Shown piece by piece: positions 38,369-50,693 of a stretch of DNA of 64,000 nt (its first letter is position 1; the number at the start of each line of letters is the position of its first letter). The position numbers were made by a program, and so were the translations under genes. The stretch lies in NCBI RefSeq assembly GCF_006345805.1, contig NC_043007.1:45446001-45510000 (forward strand), in the 5' to 3' direction. A model generated the notes under the pieces. It did no database searches, had not been told where the DNA came from, and saw nothing but the letters and a program-made list of their open reading frames with translations. This DNA is from Octopus sinensis. Lineage: Eukaryota.

Positions 38369-39360
38369 CATAAATTATTAGAGAGTTATCCACTATGTGG
38401 ATAACTCTAGTGCTAAAAATAGCTCCGAAGCAACCACAGAAGATCTGTTTCCAACTAGAATCGAGACATAACTAAAAATGTAATTGGTTGTACCGCTCGT
38501 GTTTTTGACGCTCGAATCGATCTAATTAATTGCATTTCTGACAAACTCTACCGAAGATTTATAGATGTAAGTGTAAGTAAAACTACATATTACATTAGTA
38601 ATGAAACAATTGTATAGAGTCAATCTATTTTATTCGTTGTATTTCACTTTCTTCCGCTAAATGTATGTTGATTCTAGTTGGAAACAGATCTTCTGTGGTT
38701 GCTTCGGAGCTATTTTTAGCACTAGAGTTATCCACATAGTGGATACTCTCTAATAATTTATGTATAAATTTTATTTTCTCCGTAGTTTTTTGTGCTAAGC
38801 CACTTGGTGTTAAATTAATAGTATTATTAAATTAATATCGATTTTTCACCCTCATTTATAATTTTATAAATTTAACTACGCGGCAGTCAATATTTTATTT
38901 GATGCGGCATACGTTTCCAATGGAGTCTAGGCATGCTTTTGGCGCGGAATTTGAGACATAACTAAAAATGTAATTGGTTGGACCGCTCGTGTTTTTGACG
39001 CTCGAATCGATCTAATTAATTGCATTTCTGACAAACTCTACCGAAGATTTATAGATGTAAGTGTAAGTAAAACTACATATTACATTAGTAATGAAACAAT
39101 TGTATAGAGTCAATCTATTTTATTCGTTGTATTTCACTTTCCTTCCGCTAAATGTATGTTGATTCTAGTTGGAAACAGATCTTCTGTGGTTGCTTCGGAG
39201 CTATTTTTAGCACTAGAGTTATCCACATAGTGGATAACTCTCTAATAATTATGTATAAATTTGTATTTTCTCCGTAGTTTTTTGTGCTAAGCCACTTGGT
39301 GTTAAATTAATGGTATTATTAAATTAATATCGATTTTTCACCCTCATTTATAATTTTATA
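38365..39360. repeat. Foldback (98-bp inverted arm) plus near-identical ~407-bp direct duplication
   Basis: 38365-38462 is the reverse complement of 38670-38766; 38463-38868 is repeated at 38953-39360 (period 490). Confidence 0.95.
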
Positions 39361-39377
39361 TATATATATATATATAT

Positions 39378-39592
39378 AAGCTGTAGAAATGAGTTGCGAC
39401 GTCACTGGTGCCAAGCTGTATCGACCTTTGTCTTTCCCTTGGATAACACTGGCGGCGTGGAGAGGGGAGGCTGGTATGCATGGGCGACTGCTGGTCTTCC
39501 ATAAAACAACCTTGCCCGGACTCGTGTCTAGGAGGGTAACTTTTTAGATGCAATCCCATGGTCATTCATGACCGAAGGGGGTCTTTACCCTT
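39378..39592 (+). mobile_element. 5'-truncated CORE-type SINE with a different tail (family E)
   Basis: Starts agctgtagaaatgagttg (cf. family C agctggcaaaaatgagttg), ends ...catgaccgaagggggtctttacc. Confidence 0.6.
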
Positions 39593-39596
39593 ACAC

Positions 39597-39599
<3 letters not shown>

Positions 39600-39627
<28 letters not shown>

Positions 39628-39706
39628 TGTATGTATGTATGTATGTATGTATGTATGTATGAATGTATGTATGTATGTATGTATGTATGTATGTATGTAT
39701 GTATAT
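39600..39706. repeat. (ATGT)n microsatellite
   Basis: Direct reading. Confidence 0.95.
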
Positions 39707-41299
39707 GAGTTTCTACTGAAAGAAATCTAAGATTTGACAAACTTTGAACACTTTCTGCGTTTCTTTGTAATGTTGTTATTTGTAATATAATCCAAATTTG
39801 ATGGAACAGGACTTTAATCTACACCGTTCCAGTAATGCTTATCCTTTGTACGCATCACTATATTATTTCGTGCGTTTCTTTTTTATGTCAGGTGGTATGA
39901 TATAAGTTGAGGGTGATTTAACTGCATTTTCTTGTCATCAGACTTTATAAATTCCCTCTCATTGGTTCTAGTTTTTCGTTATGATAATAGCAATAGAGAG
40001 GATTAGAGGTTTCTTCGGCTATCACATCAGCTCTTTCTTGGAATAATATTTTAGAATATTTCCCTCTCTGTGTTTTCCAAAGTAACAAAAACAAGAAAAA
40101 CAATCTGCGAATTATTTTCATCCATCAGAAACTAATTGTGGTCTGTAGTTAGAATTATTCATAATCTCTATGACTGCCTCATTTATCTTCTATTTCTTTT
40201 GCGCAGATTAAACACTAGACACCTATGTGTTAAAGTTTTAAGCAAATTACCAAAGATTCGAGGAGTTATATAATGACATTACATTGAACCTTTAGTGATC
40301 ATCCGATATGTTTTCTGCTCTCTGACAACACAATGTCCTACACCTATTCTAATGCCGAGAAAATCTTTATTAGTAATATTCTATTTCTAACAAAACATGA
40401 GTCGTTTAATCTTCCAGAAAGCACAAGACATTTCCTGGCATTTGTCGATCATTTGAAATCTCACAATGCACATTGCGAATGTTAATACACAAACTAAAAT
40501 ATACTGGAGTAGATATTTATATATTACAGAAGCATTGTTATTAGTGTTGTTTATGTACAGGATTTTGTTGGGAGGAGTATGGTGTTGAGACTGAGGTAGT
40601 CCTTAGAACGACTAACAGTGTTTTGGAGCTGTACCTTTAAGGAAGGAAGGTCCATACTGTATATTTCGTGTAAAGTTGACAAGAACAACTTTTACTGTAT
40701 CAGATTTGTTTTTTCATCCTTTCTTGCTCTTTTTTGCTATTCTGGATACTGATGTTATTGATTCGCGCATCAGCCCCAATTGAGAACATCTTTGATGAAA
40801 TGGTATTTCTTCCACACCTCTTCACTCATCTTTTTCCACATGCTGTACATATAGAATCACTTTACTCAAAGTATCTTTCCCGTTTCAAATTCTGATAAGA
40901 TTAGAGGGAGATCTTGCAGCGACAAGTAAAACGTTGATTAACCATGTTACGTATATTCTCATCGTGCTGTTTTATGCATACTTCAATGAAATCAACAGAA
41001 CACATATGGTGTGATTTGAAGAAGATTTAACTGGTGTATGTAAAAGGTTGAGTAACCATGTAGTGGTTTCTTTGCTGGATTGATGTTTTATAGTTTAGTC
41101 GAGTCGGTGGACTACATTTTATTGACATGATAACGTTTTATCGAAGTTTATACTGTGAAAGTTTCCAAAAGTTTCCAAATTTAATGGCTTCCTGAAAGTT
41201 ATATACATATTTGCATGCCTACAGATACAGGCACAACAAACATACGTATTCATATCAATATATACTCGTGCATATCTATCAATATATCTATTTTTTGTA

Positions 41300-41337
<38 letters not shown>

Positions 41338-41626
41338 TACTCACAACACACACGCACACACACGTACATACATACATTCAGACATTTATATACATATATA
41401 TACATATATATATGTATATACAGACACAGACACACAGATGCACACACAAGCACATATGTATGCATAATCAATTAAATGCTTATAAACCTAACTTATTTAA
41501 CGGCATGTGAATTTGTATGTATATTTAACTTTACGTCTCATTTCAAACAAAACTTTCAAAATAATAGGAACATTTGGCAAAAGTGAAAGATACGACTTAG
41601 TAAAATCTTTAAAAGGAACAAAAATT

Positions 41627-41786
41627 AAGAAGAAGAAGAAGAAAAAGAAGAAGAAGAAGGAGAAGAAGAAGAAGAAGGAGAAGAAGAAGAAGAAGAAGAA
41701 GAAGAAGAAGAAGAAGAAGAAGAAGAAGAAGAAGAAGAAGAAGAAGAAGAAGAAGAAGAAGAAGAAGAAGAAAAGAAGAAGAAGAA
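41627..41786. repeat. (AAG)n microsatellite, ~50 units
   Basis: Direct reading; source of the poly-K/poly-L ORFs. Confidence 0.95.
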
Positions 41787-42414
41787 ATAGGAAGAGGGGT
41801 AAAAGAATAAAGGAAAAACAAGATGATAGAGATTGTGGCCGTACTTGATTTTAAATCAATAAGTTGGTATACCACCGATTTATCGATTGATCGTCTGGAT
41901 TACAATAACATTAGAAAAGTATTGAAATATGTGGCGAAAACAACCGCAAGATTATCGATCTAGATATATGGTATTGCTTAAGCAGGTAACAGAAACCTGA
42001 ATGCTGTCAATAGATTTTTTAAAAAGTTTCTCTCTCTATGTACACTAAAATACTTAAATGTATGCATGCGTACACATATATGTCTATGACTAGAATAGAT
42101 GTATGTTCGCATGTATGTCTATGTAAGTATGCATATACCTAGGTATATATGTATGCTTTATGTTTGTTTATTTTAATGTATATACGCACCAGCAAATGTA
42201 TGTATGTGTAACAGCATATAAGTTATTGAGTGTGTGACTTGGTAAGTTTTGTCTTAAGTTTACATATATGCATATGTTTGCAAGCCAACGCGTATGTGTT
42301 TGCCCCGAATTTCGCATTAACCGTGTACTTTCTGTTTATATAAAGGCCACCTACAAGAGACTGGGTTTGAATCAGTTAGTTATGATTAACTAGCAATAGT
42401 TAGATGTAAATCTG

Positions 42415-42625
42415 ACGCGGCGAACTGACAGAATCGTTACCGCGCCAAGCAAAAGGCTTAGCCTCATTTCATCGGTCTTTACTTTCTGACTTCGAATTCC
42501 GCTCTGGTGCCTTTCATCCTTTCTGGGTCGATAAAATAAGTACCAGTTGAACACTGGGTCAATGTAATCGACTTACATGTCTCTCTCGAAATGCTGGCCT
42601 TGTGTGAAAATTACAGCAACATTCG
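42415..42625 (+). mobile_element. SINE family A
   Basis: gcggcgaactgacagaatcgttac...cctttcatcctttctgggtcgataaaataagtaccagttg. Confidence 0.8.
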
Positions 42626-42770
42626 TCCTAAGCCAGGACTGCTATGTTATGTTTCCACAAAAACTGTTGGCCGGGAGCTGTACAAAGTCGGATTTCACGG
42701 GACGGCTGCAATTAGAAAACCACTACTTTCAAAAACAAACGTTGCGAAGCGTTTAGAGTGGAGTATTTAT
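42626..42770 (+). mobile_element. Tc1-family transposase DNA-binding (HTH) fragment
   Basis: VSTKTVGRELYKVGFHGTAAIRKPLLSKTNVAKRLEW matches the Tc1 VS..TV.R.L...G.....KPLL...N...RL.W pattern. Confidence 0.7.
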
Positions 42771-43779
42771 GAACTAATTGGATTTAACTGGACCCTTCCT
42801 CTCTCCTGGACATAATGAACAACAATAAATATCATTGATGAGTAATTTTCCTCTACTTTCTTATCTATATCTCTCTGATGATGATATATCCACCATACGG
42901 AGCCTTCCTTCAATACGAGGCTCCATTGGGTGGGCATTCCAGAAACAGCTGTCAGAGACTATATTTTTTACTATTTTTCATCCATTCATTATGTGGCTAA
43001 ATTAGATTGAATTAAATGATATTAAATATCCTTGTCAGGCCTTGCGTAATTGTTTGCCTTTACTCACTACTTTAACGTATATATGAAGTTGTGTGTGAGT
43101 GTGTGTATTAAATAGAACTACAATTAAATATACGTTAATTTAGTGTTCTTATTAATGGTGAGGTTGGAAACTACAGGTTACTTGGAATCTACTTGTTAAC
43201 AACATGCTTCTTCATATATCGTTCGAAGAATGGAGGGTAAGTGTATGAAAATAAATGAAATATCAAATGTCATTGATTCGTTGAAAAAAAGGAAAAAATG
43301 CACTGCCGTCGATTCATTTGATTATAGATTCTTCGTGGCAGTTCTCCGGCATGGCCGCAGTTCAATGACTGAAACATGTAAAAGATAAAAGATAAGCATA
43401 CCAGAAAACTGAAATTACTGAACTGTAAAGATAAAATGAAATTCGGGAGGTCAGTATCTGTGTGGTAGTTTCAAGACAGTTGCGTAACTAAGAAGTTCGC
43501 TTTGAACTCACAGTGTATCTGGTTCAGTCCCACATCGTGGCACCTTAAGCAAGTATTTTTTTTACAATAGCCTCACTCCGATCAATGCCTTTTAAGTGAA
43601 TTTGACAAATGTGAATATGTGAAAGGCCATTGAATTTGCATCTTTCTGATTGCGTGTATCCACTCTCATCGAATGGCAACTAGTTCCGATATGTTTACTT
43701 CACTGTAACTGTGCGGTATAGAATAAAAGGATAAACATGTGCTAATGCTTTAGAAAGTATTTCCATGCTATGTCGCTAT

Positions 43780-45042
43780 TATTAAGTCGTCAAGTATGAA
43801 ATTTGTAGTAAGTATATGGTAAACTTTGACAGCTGCTCATTTTGTGACTTTATTATAGTTTGACAACCTTTATTTCTTGTCAGAAAGCTGACACATATTT
43901 CTTTATTTTAACTCATTTTGCGCTTTATAAAGTATTTATAAATCGTTTTTTGCTATTTTCGGCTTAGAGATTGATAAGTTAGAAATTCGTACAGTTTTGA
44001 AATATGAGTTCTTTCTTGGAAATACAGCATCAAAGACAGTTCGGAATGTTAATTGGTTTGCAAAATTTCATTCTGGTTATTTTGACCTCACAAATGAGTA
44101 ACGCGATCGACCAGAAACAAAGGTGTATAATGACGAACTGAAAGTCACCGTCGAGTCAGATCTATCTCAAAGTGCCCGTGAATTGTCGTTGTTGTTTGGT
44201 GTTAGCAAGCAAACAATATTGACTCATCTAGTTCAAATCGGTAAAGTGTAAAAGTTGGATAAGTGTGTTCCACATGAACTGAATGAAAATAAGAAACAGC
44301 AACGTTTGGTAGCCTGCATTATGCTACATTCTCGTTACAAAAATGAATCATTTTTGAATCGAATTGTAACGCGATGAGAAATGGATCCAATACAACAACC
44401 GTAATCGTTCAGCACAATGGTTAGACAAAGGCGGGCCACCAAAACACAGTCCAAAATGCAAAATTCATCAAAAGAAGCTGATGGTGTATGTTTGGTGGTT
44501 TGGTGTAGGTGTGATCCATTATGATTTCATTAAAGCTGGCTCATCAATCACGGCCGAAGTATACTGCGGCGAACTGGACCAAATGATGCAGAAACTTACA
44601 AAAAAAAAAGAACAAATTAATCAACAAATCCACTCCTATTTTATCGCAAGACAACGCCAGACCACACATCGCAAAATTGACATTGGCGAAACTACTGAAT
44701 TTGCATTTGGAAGTTCTCCATCATCCACCATACTTACCTGATCTTTCCCCGACTGACTACCACTTCTTCCAGAATTTGGATAATATTTTGATAGGAAAAC
44801 ATTTTAATTCCGACGATGCTGTAAAACAGGCCTTCCAAAATGTTATTGATTCTAGATTGCCAGGCTTTTACAATTCCGGGATGGACAAGCTACCGCTGAA
44901 ATGGCAAAAGTGTATTGACAATATGGGTGCATACTTTGATGAACAAAACTATCCCTTGTTTTTATATAACATTAGTAAACTTTTATAAAGTTATTAGCAA
45001 ACTTTTTTCTTTTCTACAAAGTTCACACTTGACGATCTAATA
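43780..45042 (+). mobile_element. Full-length defective mariner (D,D34D; cecropia/Hsmar1-like)
   Basis: TA-flanked ~29-bp TIRs (TATTAAGTCGTCAAGTATGAAATTTGTAG vs reverse complement TATTAGATCGTCAAGTGTGAACTTTGTAG, 4 mismatches). Transposase remnant 43971-44943 with (W>C)VPHEL, DEKW, QDNARPH and HPPYLPDLSPTDY (34 aa between the second and third D); start codon mutated, stops, frameshifts and an N-terminal deletion. Confidence 0.92.
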
Positions 45043-45329
45043 GAAATGATACTTATAAAGCGTTTCACAGCGCTAGAAGTTGAATCAAGAGGATATTTCT
45101 TTAACATTGCTGACGTATATTTGGATTCAGTTCCCAATTAAATTACCAGTTGAATAATTACTAATGGATACCAGTATGAACTTTTAGCGGCGATGAGTGA
45201 TTCGGGAGTAAGATTTATCTTCGATGAAAAATCAGGCAGAGAAATTTTAGCTCGTGACGTGTGATTCCTACCCAAAATTTACGTGAAGAGGTTTGCATGA
45301 ATTGGTTCCATTTCTGTCAACACATCTTT

Positions 45330-46370
45330 GTAGTTCTGACCTTGGTATCATTGGAAAACTGGGAGAGTGGCAGCTTGACATTCTAAAAGACAAAAGTCAG
45401 ACAATTGCAACCAGTGGTGTTCTCTGGGGAGACTGCAATTCACCGCGGAGTTCTTCAAGGAATTGTAATGGGGCCACTATTTTTGTGTTGGCTCTCTCAG
45501 AAATGCCTTCGGCCATACAGTCAGTCGATCTCACCAGCTACGCGTACGACAGACGGTCAAGGACCCTGATGACATGCGAAAACTGCAAAACGACTTATAT
45601 GCAATATATAAATGGGCTGATAAACATATCATGCAGTTCAATGCTGAGAAGATGCAAGCACCCCACTACCGAGCTACAATCAGAAATCAATCGGAGTACA
45701 CAGGACTGGTGGGTAATACACTCTCAGAGTCACAATGACCCGGGAATCTGCATGAGTAATAATGCAACATGCTATTTGCATATTATTAATGTAGCAACAC
45801 TAAAGGCGACTAAATGAATGAATTCTGAGATCATTGAGGACAAGAAAAATGGATACCATGCTACTCCTATTCAGAACTTTCGTTCTTAGTCGTCTGGATT
45901 ACTGCTCCCAACTGTGGTCGCAACATAGCGTCTAAATAGTGGTGGATCATGAGGCAATGCAGCGCCACTACACAAAGAAAATTGACTTGGTGAAGAATAT
46001 GAGCTACTGGGAATGGCTAAAGGAACTGAAGCTCTACTTCCGTGAGACAAGGAGTGAAAGATATACATATGAAAATCCTAAACAACTGAACTCCCAACTT
46101 TAGATTTGAAAGCTTTTACAAACACCGAAATGGACGGCTCCGGATAGAATCAAAGATTCCGTTTTCTCCATCTCGAATAAATTGGGTTTTAAGAGCGCAA
46201 GACTATTTAACATTCTGTTAAGCTACCTCAGGGATTGCGAGATGTAGATGTGGAGGAATTCAAAGAGAGTTTAACAAGTTTTTTTTATCTGGAATACCAG
46301 GTGAATCCACATAACGATAGTAGGCAGGAAGAAGAACAGCTCCCTCCACCTCGCTACTTCACCAAAAACA
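45330..46370 (+). mobile_element. CR1-clade LINE reverse transcriptase/3' fragment, decayed
   Basis: Across frameshifts: GVLQGIVMGPL (GVPQG..LGP), SYA(D)D, LQNDLYAIYKWA...MQFNAEK, VLSRLDYCSQLWS, MSYWEWLKELKLY. Confidence 0.85.
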
Positions 46371-46699
46371 GTACGTAAAACAAGCGTCAACACACTGAAA
46401 GGAAGTGATCCAGCATGACCCGGGCATCTGGCTGAAACCAGTGAAAGATAAAAGATATATATATCTTTCTCACACTTTTTCCTTTACTCTCTCGTTGCTC
46501 ACACGTGACCATCGGCCATCTTTCTTTTCCTAACTTGAGGTTATTTCTTTCCTTTTGATCTGCCACAGATCAGACGCATTCTTGTCTGTCTCCTCTCCTA
46601 TCTTTTCTTCTGTCAAAGCTTGTTCCTCCAGCGTTCGCCACCTCACCTCGTTATGGCTTAGCAGCCCTTACTGTTTGTTCTCACTGTCCTGTTTTCGTT

Positions 46700-46978
46700 A
46701 CCAACTTTGACCCCCTGCAAATCTCAAATTATATTTTGCCTTGCGGGAGCAACTGCTTTCTCGAAGACACATCTTGTTGTAATTGCTCGAAATGTGGAGT
46801 AGATAAAACAGCCGACAACTGATAAAGGGTCATTCTTTATTTTACTTGTCTTGTTTTCCATGTGTTTCCTTCGTTGTTCGTAAAAAAGATCGTATTCCAT
46901 GTTTTTGCATTTCTTATTTCATGTTGTTTTCGTATTTCATGTTGTTTACGTTTTATGACGTTCTGTACCCATATATGC
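46700..46978 (+). mobile_element. Third copy of the CTGTACCCATATATGC-terminated repeat with degenerate hammerhead-like block (46756-46800)
   Basis: ctttctc-gaaga-cac...tgctc-GAAA-tgtg-gagtag, then T-rich tail to ...gacgttctgtacccatatatgc. Confidence 0.55.
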
Positions 46979-47121
46979 ATATGTATATACATATATATGT
47001 AAGTATGTACATATATGTACATATATATATATGTATTATTTATATTATTATATGATTGAACGCCATGCATCCAATTCCAAGTAAGTTTATCTATGTATGT
47101 ATGCATCTATCTATATATGTA

Positions 47122-47211
<90 letters not shown>

Positions 47212-47286
47212 CATGTGTGTGCGCGCGTGTATGTATATATATATCTACACACACACACACGCACACACACACACAAACACACGCGC

Positions 47287-47347
<61 letters not shown>

Positions 47348-48304
47348 AAACATACACATAGGAATTATTGTGAAGTGGGTATTATTTCGAATGCACTTTT
47401 GAGTCACGTAATCTTTCAAAGAGCGGAGTGACATGCTGAATTGTAGTGATATGGTTGCATGTGCCAAATACGGTAAAGAATCAATGCTCTATGTATTAAG
47501 ATATTCTTTATCCTCCTTATTTGCAATGTGATTCTTTACTTCCATATATACATACAATAGAAAACATTCTAATGCAAAGCTCATAGTCAAGGAAATCCAT
47601 CCACAGTTATACATATAAATGCATACAAACACTCGTGCGTACACCGCCCCCATCTAAATACAGTTCTTTCTCTGTCTCTATCTCTGTCTCACACTGCCTT
47701 TCTATCTTTCTATCTTATTTTTTATTCCAGCTACTGTCTAGAGAGTTATATATGGATATAGTGCTTCACTGTATATGAATGTGTTTAGATTGAAATTAAA
47801 ACATGTGTGGCGTTGTGTATACACCCGCGAGCTTGTATGTGTGTCTATACATACACTCACAAATATAGACACACATACGTTTTGAACTTTAAATAATATT
47901 TTGAAGCTAGTTTAAGAATAACAAAGTTATATCTAAAGATGTTGCGACTCAATATGGAGCGTAGAGATGAATTTATTATAAAATTCGAGTTAATAAAGGC
48001 TTGAGATTTTGCCTATTGTTTTATCGAGCCAGTTTAGAAAATTGCAAATAAAATGCTTCACAATGCAAAGGGTCGTGTAGCAGATTTTCTAAGATTTTAA
48101 TGAAAGTAACTTTTATAATATAAAGTAAATGATGTCCATGTTATTTGCGATAGGGAGCAAATAAGATAGTTTAAAGTGTAGAACACAGGTTCTTTATTTT
48201 ACTCTTTTAATGGTTTTAGTGGTAGGACTACAACCATGCTGGAAATTCACCTTAACTTTCTTCCTATCGGTTTTCTTGTCGCTTTATGGCAGGAAGTTGG
48301 CCTA

Positions 48305-48420
48305 TCATTGAGTTTATAACAGTTTATCTTCCCTGGGTGTATCCTTGAATGCTTTGCTGGTCCGGTATCGTCGATAGTTTATCCAATGTTTCTTTCAGTG
48401 TTTCAGCAAAGGTTCCTCTT
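48305..48420 (-). mobile_element. Short CR1-like 3' end remnant
   Basis: ETLDKLSTIPDQ..IQGY, similar to the CR1 terminal LD.FL..IPD.P..GY motif. Confidence 0.4.
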
Positions 48421-49239
48421 ATACTTCTGATTTCTTTAGGTAATCAGAAGTTTAATTACCTAAATTATACTTCTGATTACCAAAATAAGTTGAACAGTTG
48501 AAGACCTCTAAAAAATAAACTGATACAACAGAGTGTTTCTATTCTTGATTTCCAAGGTGGAAATCACGAAACTGGCAGTATATACCAGTTCCTGCATTAA
48601 AGTTATCTCTAATTCTGAAATTTGGAACACGTCTCTACTGTATTTTCGATGTGTATATGATCGAATTCACAGCTACTTGTACATTAATTCGGAAGGAGAT
48701 AATTCAGCTGATTGAATGAATCCTCGTTTTCGAGTAACATTCAACACAAGCACCACCACCATAGTATATTTAACAGTACATTATCAAATGTGTCGTTCTT
48801 CATTTGGTAAGACTGTAGGCTGTGCCTGGAGTAAGAATTGGTCGACATTTTGTCGCTCATCTAGTGACTACATGAAAGCAGGTGTGAATAAAAGATAAGT
48901 TTGGGAAATGGCTTGTGGAAAAAAAAAGAAAAATGGCTCAAGTGGGCGAAAGAATTTTGGAATATTTTTAGGTGGTTTCTTAAATTGAGTGGAGTTCAGA
49001 ACGTCTTACAGAAATTAGTGAAGCGTTGTTTTTGCACTGATTGAAGGGACTGGTGAAACTTGACGTCTCAAAATACATAACTTAACTTTAGTGGTCAACA
49101 CAAACTCGTTGAACCACGCAGTTAGGCACCGTTTTATTTCAACCGATATAACATACTTTCACTTGAATACGAAACACTTAAGTTCGGACAGATCTTATTA
49201 TCAAAATAACTTTAAGTGAGTGTGTGTGTGTGTGTATGT

Positions 49240-49424
49240 GTGTGTGTTTAGACTGCGGTAATACTGAAGCACCACTAGAAAAAGATTTTACTTGAACAAT
49301 TTAATCCAAGTACTTATTATATTGGTCTCTTTGCCGAACTGCAATGTTGTGGGACGTAGACACACCACCGCCGGCTGACAAGCGGTAGTGAGGTAAAATA
49401 TAGTCCCAAATACACGCGTGCACA

Positions 49425-49460
<36 letters not shown>

Positions 49461-49620
49461 AACACGACGATGTTTTCTCAGTTTCCGTATGCCATATCCA
49501 CTCACAACTCACAGGTCGGCCCGAGGCCATAGCAGAAGCCACTTACCCAAGTTGCCACGCAATGGAACTGAACCCGGAACCATGAGGTTGGGAAGCAAAC
49601 TTCTCATGACATAAACACGC
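49240..49620 (-). mobile_element. Full-length SINE family B
   Basis: Head and CORE-like region at 49480-49620, (CA)n linker, tail to 49240. Confidence 0.8.
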
Positions 49621-50411
49621 TTTTAATAGTATGTTTCTACTTTGTCGGATGCTTGACCGTTTCTCTTTTCAAAGATTTTACTTGAACAAATTTCTCTGTG
49701 CACCATGATATGAATTTATTAAATTGTTATTGAAAATAATCTGTAATTATGTTTTCAACCTGAACTCATCGAATGTGAAATATTTCAAATAAGTTAGTAA
49801 TTGCATGTGTGTGTGTGTGTGTTCTTTCATAATGAAAACAGACAAATAAGAGAGAGAACATATAAGGCAATATTAAAGACCCATGGTAGTAGTGGTGGTG
49901 TCGGTGATGGTGAGAGAGAAAGAAATAGAGTAAGCGTGAAAGAGAATAGTCTAAGAAAAATAAATCATTAAAGAATTGAAGACAGGAAGAAGAAAACAGC
50001 AAATAAATTAAGAAATTATTCCACCAAGTAAATAAAAAAGAAAGGAATTGAAAAATGTTTTAACAAAGTCATTAATAAAGAAAACAATGAACGAAACTCA
50101 AAAATAGACGAAGAATAAAAAAAAATGAGGAAAAGAGTGAGAAGGAAAGCAAGTAAGAAAATAGAAGGAAAGAGTGAAAGAAAAAGTGTAAGGGTAAAGA
50201 AAAAGATTTGTTACTTAGTAGGTAAAATATATTATGAGAGGGACTTTTTTAATAATTATCAATCAGTGAATTATAAGCTTTATTATATGTGTGCGTATCT
50301 ATCTATAAATATACTTGTTTTGTGTTTGTATGTGTATGTGTACACATATATAGATGGAATGAAAGAGAGGGAGAGAGACTGATAGACATCTATATATATA
50401 TATATATATAT

Positions 50412-50640
50412 ACCGGAGTAAACACATAAATGTGAAACAAGGTGGAAAAAAAGAGTACTCAAATACCAGTGGTAGAGTATGAGTTTCTCGTTGCCGTTCA
50501 TCAGACAGTTTTTGTTAGAATGGAACCGATATATCAATTCCTCATATATCGGTTCCATTCTAACAAAAACTGTCTGATGGACGGCAACGAGAAACTCAGA
50601 GTAACAGATTTTGTTGAATTTTCTGCTGCTTTAAATAAAG
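50412..50640. mobile_element. Two head-to-head PLE-terminus-like segments forming a 55-bp inverted repeat (50480-50534 / 50544-50598, 1 mismatch, 9-nt loop), flanked by (TA)n
   Basis: Direct base-by-base comparison of arms. Confidence 0.9.
50562..50615 (+). ncRNA. Type I hammerhead ribozyme (A9G in this arm; canonical CUGAUGA in the inverted arm)
   Basis: AACAAAAACUGU-CUGAUGG-A-CG(GCAA)CG-A-GAAA-CUC(A)GAG-UA/ACAGAUUUUGUU; 11 of 12 stem I pairs, palindromic stem III ACUC-A-GAGU, GUA site after 50603. Confidence 0.75.

Positions 50641-50693
<53 letters not shown>

Noticed and set aside
38525-38580. Hammerhead-like reading CUGACAA...CCGAAG-AUUUAUAGAU-GUA in the tandem unit
   Set aside because: Requires several core changes (G8, A15.1), has no stem II and an extra base before the core.
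38385-38740. Perfect DnaA-box 9-mers (TTATCCACA / TGTGGATAA) in a palindrome
   Set aside because: Context is eukaryotic repeat DNA with no bacterial genes; the match is a by-product of the hairpin.
39720-39860. ITGTV-like peptide next to (CATA)n suggesting a second R4-like end
   Set aside because: Only a five-residue match; upstream frames lack the REL motifs.
39915-39950. CUGAUGA-CAA-GAAA on the minus strand
   Set aside because: No stem I complement and no stem II; likely chance.
45566-45585. CTGATGACATGCGAAAA
   Set aside because: Lies in the CR1 RT coding frame (PDDMRKL); coincidental.
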